Source: the human T2T-CHM13v2.0 reference genome, Homo sapiens. From it: a DNA stretch of 64,000 bases. This document shows, piece after piece, positions 59,750 to 64,000 of this stretch (position 1 is the stretch's first letter; every line of letters begins with the position of its first letter). Position numbers and translations under genes: made by a program. The stretch lies in assembly GCF_009914755.1 (NCBI RefSeq), contig NC_060931.1; one strand, 5' to 3'. The notes beneath the pieces were generated by a model, which worked only from the letters and a program-made list of their open reading frames with translations, did no database searches and was not told where the DNA came from.

Positions 59750-60836
59750 ATAATAATAAAAGAAAGAAAAAAAACAACATCTAAAAAAAAATAAATAAAA
59801 ATAAAAATAAAACCCTTAGACCAAATATAAAGCCTTGAACTGTCTATGCCTTCTTACATCCTGTTTTAAGAACTGAGATGAGTCTAGACCCAAATGAATA
59901 CAAATGGGATTTGAAAAGCATAAAGCTTTTTTTTTTGTTTGCTTGTTTGGAAAATAATACATACACATGGTATTACCATAATCTTATCAATATTATGAAG
60001 TCGTTCTAAAGCTTTTTTCTTCTAATATCAGCTAATAGCAGATCTTTGAGTCTTTCTTCCTAGGTATTTTCCAACTAAATGCTTAGTTTAAATTTCCCTA
60101 AGCCAACAGCAAATACTCCTTAACCTTGTACTTATGAGACTGAAAGTGAAGATTTACCAAGCCTCTTGTATAAACACAAAGATCACTGCACCCTACCTGG
60201 GCTTCCAATCTGTTTGACACTGTGCAACAAAGACTGAGACCCTAAAGTGGAAGAAAAATCTTGTTGTTCATCATGGAAAAGGGAGCAACGGAATGGCAAA
60301 TAAGAATTTCTAGAGAAAAGCTTCTACACGTAGCCACAAAGTCAAAGAAGATACCAGCTTTCCACGCCATATTTTCAGCCTAAGCCATCTCTTCCGCCTT
60401 CATTCAATGTGTTTCATGGTGTGATAGAAAAGTCTGAATGTTTCTTGGGCTATTTTCCATCTATTCTATAAAGAAAATGTTTTTCTTGTTTTGCCCTCAC
60501 TGTAATAATACAGAAAATAAATCTTAAAAATTTAGTGTATTACTTTTGAAGCCTCATAATATATCTAATGTTGAATAAATCCTTAATATATGTTTACTAT
60601 CTGAAAAAAAATATGTGTTCCCATGCTGTCTTACAGCTTTACAGTATTCCAACTTCAATTACAGAATTCAATTCACCTCATCCTTACTTCTGTGCTACTC
60701 TCCACTCATCAGCTGGGAAATAATGTAACAAAACTGAGAGGGCATGAGGAGACCCGAGAGTTCAAGGTGTGACACAAGCTAAGAGACTCTGAACCATTCT
60801 GGGTCAGTTTCCTCATCAGTGGAATACAGGTAATCT

Positions 60837-61488
60837 AGAGATGGGATAATTCCCTTGACCTTGATCCCCCTCTTGGGTGGGAACTCAGTGGCCTGTTTCA
60901 CTCAGCCTGTCACTGGCCACTCCTCACGAGAGAGAACATGCAAGCAAGCAATTGTAGAGACTGGAACAAACGATTGCTGGAACGGCCAGTTGCTCCTCTC
61001 TTGTGGGAGCAGGCTCTGTGTGGGCCCTGGAGCAGCTCCCAGCCCCTGTCCTCTTGGTTCTTGTCTGGCGTCCAGGAAGAATCAGGTCACATGAACAGAT
61101 TGAAGGGTAGTGTATGTGGATGATTTTATTTGGTGATGGAAGTGGTTCTTGGCGGGATGAGAGTTGGAAAGGGGATGGTGCAGGAAGAAGGTGATCTTTC
61201 CCTGAAGCCACGCTGTCTGAAGTTAGCCACATCTATCTGTAGTTTCTGATGCTCAGTTGCTGCTTCTCAGCTTACTCCTCAGCCACTTGTATCCCTGATG
61301 CTCAGCAGCTTATGTGTTGCTCTGCCAGCTGAAGTCTTTTTAAGGGCACAGGATAGAAGTGTGGCAGGCCAAAAAGGCAACATTTGGGTGGGAAAACCAA
61401 GAAAAACAGGGTCAGTTGTTTTCTCTTACAACCACCATTCCAGGCTTAAGGGTGGGGGTTTAGCTTGGAACCCAGTGGTTCTGTATCA
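60837..61488 (-). mobile_element. ERV1 solo LTR (LTR27/LTR28-like)
   Basis: Minus strand starts TGATACAGAACCACTGGGTTCCAAGCTAAACCCCCACCCTTAAGCCTGGAA and ends ...AGGGAATTATCCCATCTC. Confidence 0.65.
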
Positions 61489-61708
61489 ATATCACTTTTA
61501 AAAATACTTTTTGTTTCGTAACAATTTTATATATTATGGGGTACAACGTGATGTTTTGATATGTGCTTACAAAGTGGAATAACTTTCTCAACATATTTTT
61601 TTTAATACTACATGACATAGTGAAATAAATTTTAAAATCACTGCTACTTAAAATGTTATCTGTGGACCAATGACAGTACCCAGACTGTTTCCTGTCCCTC
61701 AGCAAGTA

Positions 61709-62311
61709 CAGAAGGGCGGTCCTCTAATAAGCTTGCTTTGATATAATGTTAATGAAGAAAAAAAAAACAAACAGATTCCCAGTTGGGGCTGCTGTCTGTG
61801 TGGAGTTTGCATGTTCTCCCCAAGTCTACATGGGTTTCCTCCAGGTACTCCAGTTTCCTCCCACATCCCAAAGACATGTATATGAGGTTCACTGTGTCTA
61901 CACTGTCCTGGTGTGAGTTAGTGTGGGGGTGTGTGTGAGCGTGCCCTGTGATGAGATGGCATCCTCTACAAGGTGCTTGCCTTGTACCCTGAGCTGCTAG
62001 GTTCTGACCACCTGTGACCCTTAACTAAAATAAGTGGATAATTGTCTTACTTACTTACTTGTTTTTATTTATCTTTATTAAATGTATAGAGAGCTCACAT
62101 TTATTTCCATGCTAAATATTAGAAGTGTTTTGGTTTTTGTTTAGAAGTTTGGTGATATTTTTGTGACCAGAAATAGGCTGTAGGAACTTGACTCTTACTT
62201 ATATCCATCAGCCTGTGGTTAAATTGATATCATTATATGTCGTTTCACTTAAAAATCACAGTTTCTGAGAATCTATCAACTATGTTAAGTGAGGACTGTG
62301 AGGACTTACTG
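61709..62311 (+). mobile_element. MER6/MER6A DNA transposon
   Basis: TA-flanked; contains ctgtctgtgtggagtttgcatgttctcccc and ends gttaagtgaggac...ttactg|TA. Confidence 0.8.
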
Positions 62312-63539
62312 TACAGAGAGCATAGTTTTTTAGAAACTTCTGAACTGATATTACATTGCCATAGCATCCAAAAGCATGATTTTCCCCCAATATTTTATTA
62401 TAAAAATGTTTAAACATATAGAAAAGTTTAAAGAAGTTTGTAGTAAGCATATATATATATACACACATATATATACACCTACTAGATTCTACAATTAACA
62501 TTTTATTCTATTTGTTCTTTCACGTATCAACCCAATCCTTCATCAATTCAAATTATTGTTATGCATTTTAGAATAAGTCAAACACATGATTTTATATTTT
62601 ATAAAATATTCCACAATGGATGAGAAATCAATAAATACCAGTCCTTTGCTGCTGATAAAATACCTCAAAAAAACCTTTCACTTGAGAAGATGGGTGATAT
62701 GCCAATGTTAACAAGGAAGTTGGGAGGAAAGAGATTTCTAAAAGCCAAACCATTACATGTTCCACAATACTACCAAGACACCAGAGAATGAGTTGCTACC
62801 CTCTCAAATCCTAGGTTTATAAAACATAAATCTTAAGGATAGCACGTTATTTACTCTTGATAATCCAAGGGCCTGCTGCAGAGGAATGAAGTTCCAAAGT
62901 AAAAATGGAAAAAAAAGTCTGGAAAGTAAATCAATTTTAAAAACAAACATTCTGTTAAATTAAAGCAAAATGAACCCAAAACTTAACTAAATTTCCCTGG
63001 CATACAGTGGCTCTCAATAAATATTTGTTGAATAGATTTTATAGTTTATACCTTGTAGTTGTTTATTTTTTTAACAGATGGCAACTACATGTGGAATAGC
63101 AATGTTATTGCTTTTTAATCCCAGAATCTGATTCCCAGGATTGTGAGCGACCCAAAGGTATAAATCCAATCACCCTTCTAAAGCTTGAATTCACTCACCA
63201 TCACCACCACTAAAGTGACATCCAAACAATATCAAACTCCTTTAAGGAAGAGAAACTAGGCTCTCTGAAGGCAATAACCTGTCTACAGGCAGGAACAACA
63301 TCTGCAAAGTTGTTTCCAAGTGGCAATGCTCTCCCTGTAGCTGTCATTTTCTTATTGCATGCTAATCCCTGCAAAAACAAAGAAAATCAAATTCTTCCCA
63401 AGCCCATTCTTCAAGCGTTTGATGGCAGCTAACACTGTCTTCTGTCTTGCAGGTTAAACGTTCCTGACACTTCTCAGATGACAAGACCCACTTACTATCC
63501 TACTGGCTCTCCTTAACACAAGTTTCACTTTTTCTGCAC

Positions 63540-63815
63540 AGGTTCTAGATTAAGGCCTTCATTCATTCTTTTCAGGTCTTTGTTCAGCTCATTATCTTCT
63601 TGGTGATGTCTCTTCTATTTAAAGCTGCATCTCTGTCTTTTGTAGTTCCCTATTCTGTTTTCTATTTTTCTCCACAGCACTTATAACTACGTAGCACATG
63701 ACATTTATTGTATTTTCTTCCCACTAGCAAGTAAGCTCCATGATGGCAGGCATTTTATATGGTTCACCACTGTATCTCCAGGGCAATCAATATTTGTTGA
63801 ATGAATCAATGAACC
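63540..63815 (+). mobile_element. LINE-2 3' end
   Basis: gtaagctccatgatggcagg...gttcaccactgtatctcca...caatatttgttgaatgaat. Confidence 0.65.
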
Positions 63816-64000
63816 TGCCATATGGGTAAGATCTTACAATCAAGGAGGAAGACAGTAATTCATTCCAGTTAGAGAAGCAATGCTGTTAAAGCAGAGGAAG
63901 ATGCCACAAACCTTTGGAGGGCCTACATACACTCCCAATGCCTTACCCTGAACTTATTTTCACCTACATTATTATGGAAGCTAAACTAAGTATCCCACCA

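Noticed and set aside
61790-61880. Highly conserved-looking gtgtggagtttgcatgttctcccc motif
   Set aside because: It is the known V-SINE-like internal segment of MER6, not an independent RNA gene.
59824-64000. Nested RNF133/RNF148 genes known from a CADPS2 intron
   Set aside because: No PA-domain or RING ORF is visible in this window; they presumably lie outside it.

Overview
Primate (very likely human) genomic DNA from inside the CADPS2 (CAPS2) gene, which is transcribed on the minus strand. Only two host coding exons are present: 41243-41575 (333 nt, 111 aa, matching the alternatively skipped exon 3) and 7202-7282 (81 nt, 27 aa). They are separated by a ~34-kb intron. The rest is repeat-rich intron: Alus, L1s (one near full-length old element and two twin-primed inverted ones), L2/MIR, Tigger1/Tigger3/MER6 DNA transposons and solo LTRs (MLT2, MaLR, LTR12, MER11, MER4/LTR8-group, LTR27/28-like). 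There are two retrocopies: an ORF-intact RPS26 copy nested in an L1 tail inside an Alu tail, and a DOCK1 fragment that appears spliced across exons but then runs into an unspliced GTAAGT donor. I see no new multi-gene system. The most unusual items are the semi-processed DOCK1 copy, an inverted ~97-bp templated insertion in a (TA)n tract next to a ~470-bp quasi-palindrome, a (GTTTT)n repeat forming the exon 3 polypyrimidine tract, a sense LTR12 upstream of exon 3, a polyadenylated MaLR fragment and a ~165-bp dispersed direct duplication. Repeat subfamily names and gene identities come from recall, not from a database search, and the boundaries of old repeats are approximate.
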